DNA of 64,000 bases from Leidyana gryllorum EB-2025a (Eukaryota > Protista > Apicomplexa). The stretch is taken from contig JBLWGC010000033.1 of assembly GCA_048772705.1 (NCBI GenBank), positions 1-64,000 on the forward strand, given 5' to 3'. How positions within the stretch are numbered: the first letter of the stretch is position 1; the number at the start of each line of letters is the position of its first letter. The translations under genes and the position numbers were made by a program. A model generated the notes under the pieces. It had not been told where the DNA came from and did not search any database. It worked only from the letters and a program-made list of their open reading frames with translations. This document shows, one piece after another, positions 33,954 to 47,893 of this stretch.

Positions 33954-35345
33954 TCACATACATTGACGGCAGTTGGGACAAATGGCGGGATCAGATAATG
34001 GTGTATCACCTTGTTCCTCCAACTTGCTCAACTCCAACCCGAGATGAACTATCTCTTCACCCAATCGATGAAGAACTTCACGACAGTTCCGGACTTCGTG
34101 GTGAATTGCTTCGATATCGCCTTTGTCATCTTTTGCCCTCTGGAATGACGAGATGGCAGCACTGAGGTCTGTCTTCAGATAGGTGAGGGCTTCCACGACG
34201 CTGTAGTTGGGTTTGACCGGGGGCAGCGCACCCTCAGCATCGCAGTGCGTCTCGCAGTGCCTCTTAGCCTTGCGCTGAGCAGGAAGTGTAGGTACCTTAA
34301 TAGCTTCGGAGTTTGAGGAAACCGTTCCGAGCGATGATTGCTTTGGGCGAGGCTTCGACCCTTTATCCAACGCCGATACCACAGGAGCCGCGACTTTTGA
34401 CAGAGAACTTTTGGTGAATGGAAGTTCAGGAGATGCCACGGAGGGGGGCAACCCGACAATACTTCCACTCGGCAACGGCGGTGATGACATCTTCGCCTCA
34501 AGGGTCGACAAGAGTCTGAGAAGAGGCAAATGGCCACCTGACCCACACTCTTCATAGGCGGCCTGGAAGAGACATCGTCGTAGCGTCTCTTCCCGTTCCA
34601 CAGAGAACACTTTGTTGCGCAATCTGTAACTGCAGTATATGCCGTGATGAAAGCGAACTCACGACTTTTTTAGCTCATCAATGCGAGATCTATGTTGTTG
34701 CGACGAATTGTGCCTCTCAGCAAGAACAAGAGAAGTGAAGTCGGTGATCGGTGCGATCGTCCTCAGACCATCTGTCCAGGACGATTTAGCGGAGCTGACG
34801 CGAGCCGTTCCCTCTCGCAGCCAATCTGTTGGGGTGTAGTAAGAGTTTCGCCGCTGAGCATCGACGAACACGACGGTTTTCGGTGGGAGTTGTTGATAAG
34901 CCGGCAGATGTTCGGTATCAAAGATATTGTGCCGGCAGTCTGCTGTGTCTGCGACGGTGGAGATCAACAACACATCACCAATGAGCCCCCCGAACCTCAG
35001 TAGTTGGGGATTGACGCCAACACAGTAGACCAACAAACTCCCCACATCCGTCACGGGACCGATCACAATTCTACCATCACCACGTCCGCGTGGAGCGGAC
35101 TCATCGAAGCTGGAACCATAGAGCTCGTTGAGGATTGACGCAACATTGGGATCTGGATTGGCGTACTCATCGCACTGATAATACCCCGATCTATGGGAGT
35201 TGGGTGGCGAGTAAGCAGAAAATCCAACGATTATATGACGAAAGTTCTTGAGCTTCGTATTCTCAAAAGTGGCAGTCGTTTTGACTATTGGACCTCCAAA
35301 TGTATCGGCGCTCAGAAGGGTCTCATTCGAGTTCGAGTTCAACAT
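33954..35345 (-). CDS. Hypothetical protein (2 exons, about 450 aa) with C-terminal coiled coil and CxxCxxC end
   Basis: ORFs 34659-35450 and 33954-34622 joined by a GTGAGT..TTACAG intron. Confidence 0.6.
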
Positions 35346-35478
35346 GTTGTCTGTTCCTTCCCAAAAGCTGGATGACGATAAAAGACCACACAGTGTCACC
35401 AGTCTTACTGATGCGTTGGAACGCTGACAACTGCTGCGGACCTCAATCACATTTCCGACACACTGATCTGACTAAATG

Positions 35479-36516
35479 TCACTTGAAATTCTTCCAGTGT
35501 GCTGCTTGGTGATACAAGGCTGCTTCCTTCTCCTTCACTGCCTGACAATGATGATAATAATATATACCGCCTATACCACAAGCTGAACCCCCCCTGCCCT
35601 TCAAAGCCGGACTGGACCTACCTCAAGAAGCTTTATTTCTGCTCGGAGCTGCTCTAGTCGTGGCATCCGGGCTCCTTCTTTCTTTGTGCTGCTCTCCGCC
35701 AAGGACTGCAAAGATTCTGCCTGTTTTGCTTGTCTAATAGGAGCTGTGGGATCTCTATTCAGCATTCTGAATTCACGCTGCAAATTAGTTGTTGTCGGAG
35801 TTTGAACAGAATGCCGATTTAAATCACTTTACCTCAGCTTTCAGGACATCTTCGGTATTGACCAGCTGAATTGAGCCGGGAGGCTTCGCGGCCTGCGGAG
35901 CCTTCGGGAAAATTTGATGTGCGCCGGGTGGAAGATCAGAACCATCTTCTCGGACGTCATGATCAGGCAGCACTACATGATCGCCGCTCTGATACCGCAC
36001 CCCATCTTCCACCATATGGGTGTCAACTTCGGTCGTGTCACCATCGGCCGTGTCACCATCGGCCGAGTCAACATCGGCCGTGTCAACATCAGCGGTGTCA
36101 ACTTCGGCCGTGTCAAGGTCGGCCGTGTCCAGGTCGCCCGTGCCAAGGTCGGCCAGCTCGTCTTCTTCAGACCCTGAGATGCGGTCTTCATCTTCCGCTC
36201 CTACAAAGTGATCTGCGTCGTCATCGTGGACCTGTAGAAATGCCGGGTGACGGTGTGATACTGCTAGAGCGCTATGGTGCTTTGGCCTTTTGTGATGCTG
36301 CTTTTCTAGGCCCCCGTAGACAGAAGGAATGCTTCGATGATGATGATGAGTTTGAGCTAGTGCGTGATGTTGGTGCCGAACTGGTTTATGATGCTTTTGG
36401 AGGGCCGAGTGATGATGTACCGTTGGATGGTGGATGTGGGGTTGGCTGTGCTTGCAATAAGGGCAGTCTGAGGTTAGGACATGGTGAATTAACACGAAAG
36501 TTAGAAAAAATCGCAT
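35479..36516 (-). CDS. Secreted His-rich / acidic-repeat protein (3 exons)
   Basis: Signal-peptide-like MRFFLTFVLIHHVLT, CPYC, His-rich block, AFLQ and D-T-A-D/E-x repeats. Introns at about 35832-35781 and 35624-35546 give the C-terminus AVKEKEAALYHQAAHWKNFK*. Confidence 0.7.
36020..36150. repeat. 15-bp coding tandem repeat (about 8 units, DTADL/DTAEV/DTADG)
   Basis: TCGGCCGTGTCA.C units directly visible. Confidence 0.9.
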
Positions 36517-36616
36517 GTGTGATTATGGTTCGAACGTTCGATGGGATCTTAGTTCGCAGGTAAACACCTCGAAGGACGGCATTTGAACCGGCTTTGAATG
36601 CAGCACGCCGGCCACG

Positions 36617-36849
36617 ATGGCCGTTATTGAACAGTTGAACGAAAGCAGTGATTTCATTGCCTATCGAATCAGTGAGGAGTTCGTGCTTTGCAAACGCAAG
36701 GTATTGGATGACTTGGAGGTTCGTGTGTCTCCTGCTGTTGATATTTGTCGAACGCGTTCTGTTGGTTGCAGGGGCAAGTACGCGAAGTGCATGAGAAGTT
36801 TGAGAAAGCGACCAGTCAGATGGAAAAAGGAATGAGGGATAAGGCCTAA
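36617..36849 (+). CDS. Small spliced coiled-coil-like protein (about 59 aa)
   Basis: Exon 36617-36718, intron GTTCGT..TTGCAG, exon 36772-36849 in frame: MAVIEQLNESS...DDLE|GQVREVHEKFEKATSQMEKGMRDKA*. Confidence 0.5.
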
Positions 36850-36856
36850 AATTGCG

Positions 36857-38739
36857 ATGCTTTGCGGGACCTACGTGATAGTCGCAGTGGGCGCCTTGCT
36901 GCATCTAGGCCTGCTGGGCTATGGAGTAGTCCAAGATAAGCTATGTGAGCCGGCCTTTCGTCAGTTAGACTTCTCTTACATAAAATGCGAACACTGACCA
37001 GTCAACCTGAAATACACCGATGTCGACTATCTTGTATACACTCAAGGCGCTGATGGCATCTTCACCCCGCCCACAGGTGTGTGAATAGGTCATTACACCT
37101 TCGCTTTCCGTATTGCGCTGCCAGAGGCAGGTGGAGATGTGGAGGCTGTATCAGCTTTCTTCACCCGTCCATCACCCTATCTGCGGTCTACATACCGCTA
37201 TACACCTCTGATGTGAGTTCATATTGGCGTCGGGACATTATGACTCGGCTTCGATACTTGCAGGGCTCTATTCACCTTACCGAATTACCTGGTGGGAGAC
37301 CTGGGCGGCAAGCTGGTATTTACTGGCTTCTCACTGTTGACGGGTTTCTATCTCTATGTGAGTTTGCGAAGACCGAGGGAGTCACAAATGTTGCAGCGGT
37401 TACTGAGTCTGCGGGGAGTTCAGGGTTGGACGAGGCATGCACTGGCCGGTATATGGCTGCTGAACCCGCTGGTTGCTCAAGTCAGTACTCGAGGCAACGC
37501 TGACTCGATACTGACTTGTTTGAGTCTGGCTGCGTTCTATCACACCAAGATGGGCTCTCCCGTCCTCGCTGGCCTGTGGTAAGACGCGAGTGTCGCAGCG
37601 GTTTCGTCAGCATGAGGTTTTGTTGTCGGTCAGTCTGGGCACCGCTATTCATCTGAAGATCTATCCGGCTCTGTACGCCTTTCCATTGCTCCTCTTGATG
37701 AACCCCAAGTTTGACTTGAAGGTGATTTTTGCTGGGGCCCAGAATAGAAATGCGTTATGGCAGGCGATATGGGCAAAAGCAACATCGCATGTCGACTTTA
37801 AGAGTCCTGCCATTGGAGGCCCGAAGCTGACAGCTTTGACACTGACTACTGTGAAGGCGGCTGTCGCTTTGTCGCTGATCCCCGTGCGTCTAATGTATGG
37901 GGGCATTCGCGCTCTCGATCGTAAACAATGGAAGTTTGGCTTATCGGCATTGGCCATTTTTGGCGCGTTGACCACTGTATTTTACCTTCAGTAAGCGGAT
38001 CTGTCAGCGAATCTGTCGACGGCTCCATAGGTATGGGTGGGTGTTCCTTTATGAGACCTATCTGTACCATTTTGTGCGTCACGACCACCGTCACAACTTT
38101 TCTCCTTTCTCACAATGGGCGACACTGGTCACTCCTGTTCGGTATGGAGAAGTGGATATTCTGTGGCCGCACAATTTGGAAGCGTTCAAATACGTTCAGA
38201 AGATGTCGCAGGTCAGTGCAGTCGCTGCTCCTAAATTGGACGTTATCATCAGTGGCCCTTAACTCTGGCATTGAGCTTCTTATATCTTAAGGAAGCCCCG
38301 GAAATTAGCCTGTTTGGCTGCACATTGACCTTTGTTACCTTCAATTCGGTGTCAACTGCTCAGGTAATCCGCACCCCTTCTTCGAACGCAACAACACCGA
38401 CCGCAGTACTTTATATGGTACCTCGCCTGGTTCCCTTTGGCATTGAGTTACATTCCGAGTTTGACACTCAAGAAGACTGAAAACGGCCGTCGCAGACAGC
38501 TGTGGGCGTGGCTCGCCTTAGTCGTCGTCCTGGGCATTTGGTTCGCCACTGAACTTCATTGGCTCTATTGGTCGTATCAATTGGAATTCAAAGGCCGCAA
38601 TGACGCTTTCCTCGGGGTGAGTCAGACTTTGACCCCGTACAACTTGATCGTTTTCCAGCTGTACGCCTCTACACTTATGTTCGCCTTTGCGAGTTTGAGC
38701 TTATTGACCTTTGTTCTTATGGGGAGAGGGAAGGCGTGA
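36857..38739 (+). CDS. PIG-M: GPI mannosyltransferase 1
   Basis: KYTDVDY (DxD), SPYLRSTYRYTP, NPLVAQVSTRGNADS, HLKIYP, YLYHFVRHDHRHNFSP and FVTFNSVSTAQYFIWY motifs. Multi-exon. Confidence 0.93.
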
Positions 38740-38827
38740 GAGGGGATGTGTGCGGTGTGTGTGCGCTTAGAGCTCGTGTCAACCTATCAATCGATGCATG
38801 TACCTATTTGATCGGAACTGATATCAA

Positions 38828-41800
38828 ATGTCGAATATACGCCGTGAGTTCCTCACTCATCCGCTCCTTCCACGTCCACCTCCAAACTATTAGCGCGGGG
38901 TGACCAGGGAGTCACTCAGGCAGTCGATCTTATCTCAAAAAGCAAAGATTCTCTATTATTGGCCAAATACGGTCTCAATGCCCTATCAGAACTGTGTACT
39001 CCTCCCAAAGTCCGCTTTCGGGAGAATGCACTGGAAGCTTTTGATGTCAATAAGGGAGAAATCGTACAGAATCTCACTCGCTTAGCAGAGAAACTCAAAG
39101 AAGATAGTGGAGAACAGGCCCTCAGCATAGTCAAAAGTGAGTTACTCCACTCAGTCCACACTCAATAGCGCCTCATCTCTCAGTTATATGGGGTATTCTC
39201 GAAGGTGTCCACCAATATCCCGGACTGTAAGTTCAACACATTCATTTTCACACAAACTACCATCCTCTGTCCAGTGACTATCAGAAACAACTCGCGACCG
39301 CATCCTGTCATGCAGACCGCCTGCTGTCTATCTTAGCCCACTTCCCGAATCCCGATCCTGAACTCTTGACTTACACAGTTCAGGCGGCTGAGAGAGGGGC
39401 ACACTATAATGTTATAGACGCCGAAGAAGCACAAAGCATCGGTGTGGGTATCCTCGAGTCGATGAGCAAAGCCAAACTCGATGAAGCTACTCAAGCCAAA
39501 GCCACTTTGGCCATTTGTGCCCTCGGCAACCGTCATGAGAGCTGTTTATATGCTTTCGGAGAAGCCGGTGCTTCACAAAATATCTCGGAATTCATCAAGA
39601 ATGCCAATCTGAAGGATAAAACGCAGCATCCACAGATCGAAACTGCTCTCAAAGCCGTGGAGCGCATCAACCGCGAATATGTCCAGAAGGAAGCTGATAT
39701 GGCTGACAAGATTCTCATTCTGGAAGTGCTGAAAGGAGTCAAGGCGCAATCGGGCACGCTCAAGAAGATCAATGAGCTAGCCACGAAAGGCATCCACGCA
39801 CTCTTCAGTGACGAAGAATTCATTCAAGCCTTAGACACAATGGGTAACGCTGACGCAGAAGAGGAAGAACAAGTTCAGTAAGTCATCATCGACCCCAGAG
39901 TTGCCGACACACGTGTGTGCCACAGGGCCCTTGAAGTCGCTGGTGCGCTGTGCTATGATCCAGCCTACGCACAAAAAGTGGTCGACCACGGAGCCGTTCC
40001 GAACCTTCTACAGGCTTTGGAGGGTGCCACTGGCAGACTGGTTGACGGAAGCACCGATAGGGTTAAAGAGGCAAAGGGTATAGCTGCCATTTTGAGTCTC
40101 CTTACCCGTGTTGCGGAAGGTGGACCCGACTTGGCAGGTGTTTTGGTTGAAAACAAAGTCATCGAGGCTTTGTACAACTCCCTTACTCAATTGGGTGAGT
40201 GAATTTAGCTTGAGTGATCCCCAACTCACATCTTCAGATTTCGAACGCGATGCCGATGTGGCTACATCCATGTGCGAGCTGCTCGCTATCCTTTGTTCCG
40301 ATGAAGAGGTGGCAACAGAGGCGAACGACATTGGATTGATCACTGAAGTGCTGCGCTTCATCGATGAGAACTGCAGTTCGGAAGGGTTTGGTGTTGGCCC
40401 TCTAAAGGTGCTCGCGCAGGTGTCTGTTTATGAAGATCTGCGCTCCACATTGGTGGACGGCAGTGCCTTTGAGACTACAGCCAAAGCCACTCAGTACCAT
40501 TTGGACAATACCCCTTATCAACTCGCCGCATTCGAAACAATGTGGAATTTGTGTGCAGATGTATCCGATCTATCCGAGATCTCCAGCAATGGTGGTTTTA
40601 CAGGTATTGCAGGGTCGCTCGTGGCCAACGCCTCGGACAAGATGCTGGTCGACAAGGCTCTGCAGGTTATCTCGTATCTGGCGGCTGTCAAGTGAGTGCA
40701 AGCTCTTTCTTATTACCCGGACACACACACTTGATAAATCTGCAGTGGTGCTGATGAGTATGCGGCGTGCCCCGAACTCATAGACGCTATTTGTGTGACG
40801 ATGTATGTCAATCAGGAGAATGCCACAATACAAGCTGTCGGTCTGGAGAATCTTGAGGCGTTGGTGACGAGTGCAGATGTCACTCGGGCCGCCAAGAATA
40901 TGTCTGCGGTCAAAAACTGGCGCAAGTCTCCCGACGAGGCTCTCCAAGCCATTGCCTGTGCCGCTGTCTTACCTCAGGTCTCTCGTTTGGGGGACGACGT
41001 GGAGTCCAGTGGAATGTTGGCGCCTCTGATCAATAATGTGTCGAGCCTGCTATCGGGCGACGGGACTGAAAAGTTCAAACAGACCTCGCTGCAGACCTTC
41101 TGTCTGCCGGATGAGACTGTGGGGTTCGCTCTGTACCGTGGAGCGGTCCAAGCGCTCGGTAGCGTTCTGTCCAAGTGTTCCGGAGAAGCCATCGATGATA
41201 ATCTTCCATCCCTATGCGGGCTGGTCTCGAACCCTACAACCCAGAAGATGGTCTTGGAGCAGCCTACACACTCTGTTATTCTGCTGGAGGGGGTCAATGC
41301 CGTGAAACTGTGTCTCGCTGTGGACAAGGCGACTCAGGACGCAACTTTTGCCAAGGCCGCCACCACTGTCCTCAAAACCTATGGCACCTTTGCTGAGTAT
41401 CGCAACATGACTTTGCCTATTGCTGAGTGTCTCATGGCGTTGGCCAAGTCGAACAAGAGCTCGGGAGCGGACGCGATGATCGACGCTGGAGCTCCACCAC
41501 TCCTGACACAATACTGTCGTCGTCACCAATTCCAGCCGAAACTCCTCGTCGCTGGGATGAAGACTCTCCGGTACACCATCCAGAACGCCTCTGATCAGGA
41601 CAAGTGCACTAAGCTCTACAAGAAAGAGGGGGCTCTTCAGATCCTCATGACTGCCATTCGCGCTTGCAGCAGTGATCCGGAAGTCCAGGAAGAGGCGCAA
41701 AAAGTCATTCCGCTCCTAATGGACGACGAAGAGGCCGACGAAGTCGCTCGCAGAGTGATCCAAGGCATTTCTGCTGCCAAAACACCCGCGCAACGTCCCA

Positions 41801-44800
41801 AGAATCTCCTGGTCGCTCTCAAGGAAGGCTCCGCCGCAGCTGCGTCCCCGCTGGTGGCTAAAGCGCTGGCCCGTCACGGCCTGGGAGAACTCGCCAAGGG
41901 GGTACTCAGCGATCTCAGTGGTCTCTCTGACGACGATCAGCTCAGCTGTCAAAAGGAAATGGCCACTATTCTCAGTCTTTCGGCTGCTACCGCTCCTGCA
42001 GCCACCAAGCTGAAGCAAGCCGGACTTTTTGAAGATGCCGTCAATATCCTCGGGAACCAACTCGAGGCGGGCGATGCTCAAGGCATCTCCATCGCCCTCT
42101 CAGCCGGTCACAGACTATTTGAAGGCTCGGATTCGGATGCACAGATCGCCAAGAGCAACGATCTGGTGGTGTCAATTTGCAACGCCGCCAGTACTTTTCC
42201 GGACGACCCCGCGCTCATTAAGAACGCGGGTAACTTCCTCGGATCTCTCGCTCGAGCGGACAAAACGGTGAGTCTCCACGTCGTCCCTTAAACAGCACCA
42301 CAATCGATTGCAGCGCGCTTTGATGAGAGATCCAAAGGTCAAACAATTGTTGGCGGAGTCTGTCGAGAAACTGAGTAACGCCACTCGTATGGAGGAGAAG
42401 AAAGCTCTCATCACATTGATTGGCGGCTGTCTCGCCGGCAAAGACGAGCAGCTCGCCAAAGACCTTTTGGGGCACGACCAGCTGTTGGAATCCTGCTTGG
42501 AAGTGCTCGAGTCTGATACCGAGGGTGATGCCAGCGCGGGTGCTCTGGGTATATTGGAAGGCCTCGGTGTCTGTGCGAACGCCAGAAACCGATGGAATGA
42601 CGTCACAGGGGACGACAAGTTGGACAAGTTGTGTGAGGGTACCATTAGCTGTATCCAGGCCAACTCTGAGGATCCTAATCGAGTCGCTGCGGCCCTTCAG
42701 GGATTCACAGCTCTCGTTCGTGCGGGCGAAGACAAAGCAGCGAATAGACTGTTGTTTAACGGAGGTGTTGCGGCGATCACGAGCAAACACGAGGGTCATC
42801 CTGCCGTCCGCAAAGCCCTGGCCGACTTGGCCAACACGTTGCCGCCGGTCGGGGCAGAACTGGCGGAGGAAATCGAACGGTGTATTGCGGCCTTCGACGA
42901 AGGTAACGTCCAGAACGCCGGAAAGTCCCTCGGCGTCATTCAGACTGCCCTCCGGGCTCCCATCGAGGATCCTGACACTAACTTGGAACGGATGCCCGAC
43001 CTTTTGGCACATCTGAACACTCAAGTCAAAGCCAGTAAGAGCCTCAAATGTTCCCCGCCCCTCATTGTTTGTCTCATCAGAACCGGGCGACATTGTGGGA
43101 AAGAATCTGGCGATTGCCAGTTTGCGAACAATGAACGTATTGGCCAACAAGTTCAAGGATGAGGAAGAGAGTCCCCACGGCCATCGGGCAGTGTGCGACG
43201 CGGGGTGCCCCGAATCGTTGCTTCTGATATCGGCCAAGAAACATCCCTTCTCTGAGCGCGGATCGTCCGTGAAACAGGCGTGTGACACAATGGCTCTGAT
43301 GGCAGAAGACGAGGAGACCCGCGAAACCTTTCTCGAGGCCCACGCTTCTATGCCAGTCTACGTGGAGCTGCTGGAGGACTTTGAGAATGAGCCCGAAGTC
43401 AAGGCTTCCATCATCAATCTGCTATCAAAGATTATCTGCGGCCCGCCTTCGCCTTGGCTCCAGAAGGTTATGGAGGATCAGGCCTGGAGAAACAAAGCCC
43501 TCGAGATTCTGATGGGACAAAGTAAAACGATCACAGACCCCACCAAGATGAAGAATCTCCTCGCCACTGTGTGTGCGATGGCCAATTTGGTCGGAGGCGA
43601 CCTCACTGACACCCCAGAAGGAATGGCTCTGATGGAGTTGGCTGGCCCGATGTTCGACATTATGCAGGAAAGCGAAGCCATGGACCCGGATATGGAGGAG
43701 CCCTTGATGGATATGATTGGGTCTCTGCGCCGGATGCCTGGAGGCCGCGAGGAGGCCTACAAGCTACTGCAAGGCGCCAGACAACAGCTCAATAACCTGG
43801 ACTGTGGATCGCCTTTCCGAGGTCGCTACGTAAGTTATACTTTTGTCGTCGTCTACCAAGTCGAAACCTTTCTATCAGTTCGCTCATCTCAAGGAGATTG
43901 GTTTGGAAGGCTTCCCGGATGATATCCACAAATGGAAGTTGGATGCCACTTTCGGCGAGTTGTTGGACTCCCAGGGCGCTGAAATCAAAGACATCTGTGA
44001 AGTCCTAACTATACAGATGCAGGAGGGAACGCCCGAGACTAAACAGGCAGTTCTGGAACTGATTGAAGAACAGGAAATCAATCAAAAGATCCTTCTTCCA
44101 ACTTATGAAGATCCTCCAGACATCTTTTCCGATCCCGAGGCTTTGAATGCTTACCTCAAAATGCTTGACGAAGCCTTGGGTGACGAGCAGTATGTCAGAG
44201 ACTTTATCAAACGCGACGATCTGATGGAACAACTCGCCCAATTAGCGACGGAAGCAGAACACGATGTAAGTGATTTGAGCATCTTTGGGCTGTGTGCGCA
44301 ACAATCAGCGTGTGTGTTCGATAGGAGGAGACACCAGAATTGCTGGAGGCTGTCTACGCTCACTTTGCGGACGTCGAAGACGAGAATGGCGACAAATATG
44401 AGTTTATCTTCAGCGACGGAATGGTGGTGAAGAATGTCCTCTTGAAGGAGTTGGAAGGCGCACCGCCTCCGGATGAGTTGACCTTGAAAAAGGTGTATCA
44501 CTTCCTGAAAGAGCGTCAAGAGGCGGGCGAAGACATCTCTCCGCTCCGAAATGAAGACGTGAGTCCCACTGCGTGTTGCGGCTGATTATTTGTCATTTCC
44601 TCTTTCTCCGCAGCCTGAGCTCGCCGCTTGGCACGAGTTCACATGGGAGCGAATGAGTCTTTACACCGGCTACGAGTCGTTGACAAAGAATGACTTTGCG
44701 GGTGATGAGATCAAATGGGGTTGTTTGATTTGGGAATTGTGGCTCGAGACTGACTACGATCTCTGCCCAACGGTTCTGGAATGGGACGTCCCGTACTCAC

Positions 44801-47792
44801 TACTGATTGCCGGAATTGTACAGTGTCAGGAAACCGGGGTTTACAAAGATGTGGAGATCTGTACGGCAGCGAGTTCCGCTTTGTGCGCTGTGGGTGCTCA
44901 GACCCATCCGGGTGGCAAAGCTCTGGCCGACATTGAAGGTATACAGGATGACTGCAACAATAACATCCGTGTGGCCCTGGACGATCGGGTGACAGCCAAC
45001 AATCAGGATCACATCATTGTAAGTGGAATTTCGAAGTTCTGATCAAAGACGTTTCCCAGCCGCGTGTTCGTTTGGTGGAGAAAGCCGCCGTAGATCGATC
45101 GGTCTTCCCCAAGCCTATTATCCAGAGAACGCTTTTGGAATGCTGGGATCGCTACGATAACGGGACCTACAACCACATCTGTCTCCGTCAAGTGTTCAGG
45201 TCAATGCGTCGAGCTCTCGCACCCACTCACGTCGACCTGATGGAGAAGGAAGAGGTTTGCAAACGACTTATTCAGGAGTTGAAGAAAGACTTTGACTCTC
45301 CGTTACTGGTGGATGGGTTCTTCTTGTTGGGTATTCTGGCCGGTTACCCTCGTCTTAGGAACATTATTGGCAAAGAGGGTGGCGTTGGAGAGACACTGAC
45401 TGTGTTGCGAAACCACTTGGCTGACGGCCCCACCGTGGGTGTCGTCACCAACACTTTGTCAGCTCTGGGTAACATTGTTTTGGATCACCGAGCGAACGAT
45501 GACGAGTGAGTGATTGAGGATTTAGCTCTGTGGTGGCATCAAAACTGTTTGCCTTCTTCCCGCAGATTCGTGAGACTGGACGGTTTGGCCACAGCGGTGT
45601 GGGTTCTGAACAATCGCGGCCACAACTGGGCGGAGGTGAATGCGGCTTCCGCCCTCATTGCGAACAGTTCTTACAAACGCGATGATATCAAGGCTATGTA
45701 CGGATCTCGAAACGTCGGCGGACCGGCAGCGTTGGCTTACGCTATCAGCTGCTACGACGGCAGTCTGTCTGAACAGGCGTTCCGTGCATTGATAGCGTTG
45801 TTCAAAGCTATTGCCAACTTGGCTCTGTACGTCCCGAACTGTGATCCGTTGATCGACGGTGGTTTGGATGAAGCCTATTACAATCTATTGATTCAATTCG
45901 AGAATCTGCCCGACAGAGTGATTGCAACGTCGCTGCTGACGTTGGCCAACTTGACGGCGGAGTATCGTCCCGCACATGCGGCCAAATTCAACCCGATTCT
46001 CGAGCCTCTGATCCGATGTGGACAGCACGAGTCGCGTCAAGATCCAACTCTGATCGCCTTGATTTTGGAGACATTCGCCTCTCTGTGCAGACTGCCTGAG
46101 AACAGTACGGCTTTCAATGAGATGGGAGGCATCGATTACGTTCTGGAGGCTCTGGACGGCTGGGGAACCTCAAACATTGAGGTGCTGAGGTGCGGGGCCC
46201 GCGCTTTGGGTACTGTCGCTCGAACTCCCGAGAACGTCGAAGCGCTGCTGAGTCAGAACGTTTTGGCTGTTTTGACTTCCATTCTGGCTGGTGAATATTA
46301 TCAGGACGACGTCCCTCTGAACACACAGTTTGAGGTCGCTATGGCGTGTTTCCGAGCTGTGCGAAAAATGGTCGCGGGCCATCCAGATCCCGATGTGTAC
46401 TCTGATTATCTGATCAACGGGTCGGGCGGCGAGACTTGGATTTGGTTCATTGAGCAGCTGGCAGGCGTCGATGATCCTTTATCACCATTGGTGGTCGAGT
46501 TATTCTCGTTGGCGCTGGGATTTGTCTCGGTTTTCCCACCGGACTCAACTGATTGTGAGTTGGATTCACCCATACAACGAAAGCTGAAGAATGATCTCGA
46601 CTGTGAATTCCGCCCCGACCGGAATGCGAATTACACTCGGTTCGACTACTCTGAATTCTTCGGCTATTGGCCTATGGACACTGCCACAGCGACGACAGTG
46701 ATGATGAACATTGCCACCATTTGTGAAGCAGAGTCGTTCAAGCAGAATAAGAGGGAGTTGGCCGGTGGATTTATGCTCATCGGTACAATGATGGCCAACA
46801 TGGCGCGTATTGAGGACTTCTCTGAAGACGTGGATGAGGCGTTAGGGAATACATTGGTGTTCATATCCAAAAAGATGGCTCTCACCTTTGATGCTGTCAA
46901 CGGTGTGCCCTGGGACCTCATTGAGATCACACTGCTGATCGTATTCACCTTTGGATATCAGTACGGCAGTGCGGCTTTGGCGGGTCACTTCCCCGTCAAC
47001 TCGGAGCTCTATGTGTCAATGACAAAGATGGCCAACAGAATGCAAAAAGCCGAACGTCGTGGCTTCCATGAGCTCATGGCACTCTGGAAGGCTGGTGTTG
47101 AGGGGGGTGACACAACGGAGCTGTACACACCCTGGGTGAATTACCACTTTGATATTGAGCGTCTGAGTCCGTGGGCCACCGACACCTATCCGAACGGTGT
47201 CCAGGATTTGCCCTTCAAGGACGTGCTGCGTCGAGGTGGCAAATGTGAGATGGTCGACAAGGACAAGAACAAAGTCGGTATCTACTGGAGATCGAGTCAG
47301 CAGTTGAAACATCTGCAGTGGCGTTTGATCAACGCTCCCAAAGCGGGCGGCGGAGGCGCCGAAGTGCCCGAAAAGGAGAGCAAGCTGAAACGGCTGTTCG
47401 GGAAGTTCAAGAGAGATAAGGGGGAGGCTGAAGGTGGCGGTGACGCCGGCGGAGGAGGTGAAACTGGAGGTGCTGCTGCTGGCGGTGGAGACGAGGCTCA
47501 AATCGGTACCAATATCACCGGTCCCGGTGTTGATTTGGGTGTGCTCGAGTTCAAGATGCAGACACCGATCGGAAAGCTGCGTATTACAAAGGGTCTGGAC
47601 ACTCCCGGTTTACGAGAACTCGGCGGCAATCCCTTCAGCGGTGTGAAGGCCGACAATACCATTTGTATTCTCGGGCCTCCCAGCGAGGAGAATGCCAACG
47701 GAGACGAATTGGGACTCATTATGAAGAATAAGAAGGAACGCGATGAGTTTTACACAATGTTGTTTGAGTGGAAAATCGCAGCGACCAGTTGA
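38828..47792 (+). CDS. GAC: Glideosome-associated connector (ARM-repeat giant with C-terminal PH domain)
   Basis: About 2,700 aa of armadillo-like helical repeats over many exons. The C-terminus YPNGVQDLP..LRRGG..WRSSQ.L..W..KGL..ICILGPPSEE..G.EL..KNKKERDEF..W..AAT matches the GAC PH domain as recalled from Toxoplasma/Plasmodium. Confidence 0.9.
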
Positions 47793-47893
47793 ATTGCTCA
47801 TCATCAGTGTGTGTTCTGTGTGTGTCACGGCTGTGGGTTGTGTCTCTTCGCTGAGGCCCTTTCGATTCGTTACATACTCAGTCAGTCAGTCAG

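Noticed and set aside
33902-34165. Integrase-core-like peptide on the + strand
   Set aside because: It is antisense to the last exon of the 33954-35345 gene and the similarity is weak.
42218-43288. 356-aa minus-strand ORF and other long antisense ORFs (e.g. 8781-9470 alternate frame, 35871-36563)
   Set aside because: Shadow frames of GAC, GAR1 and the repeat protein, arising from codon bias or repeats.
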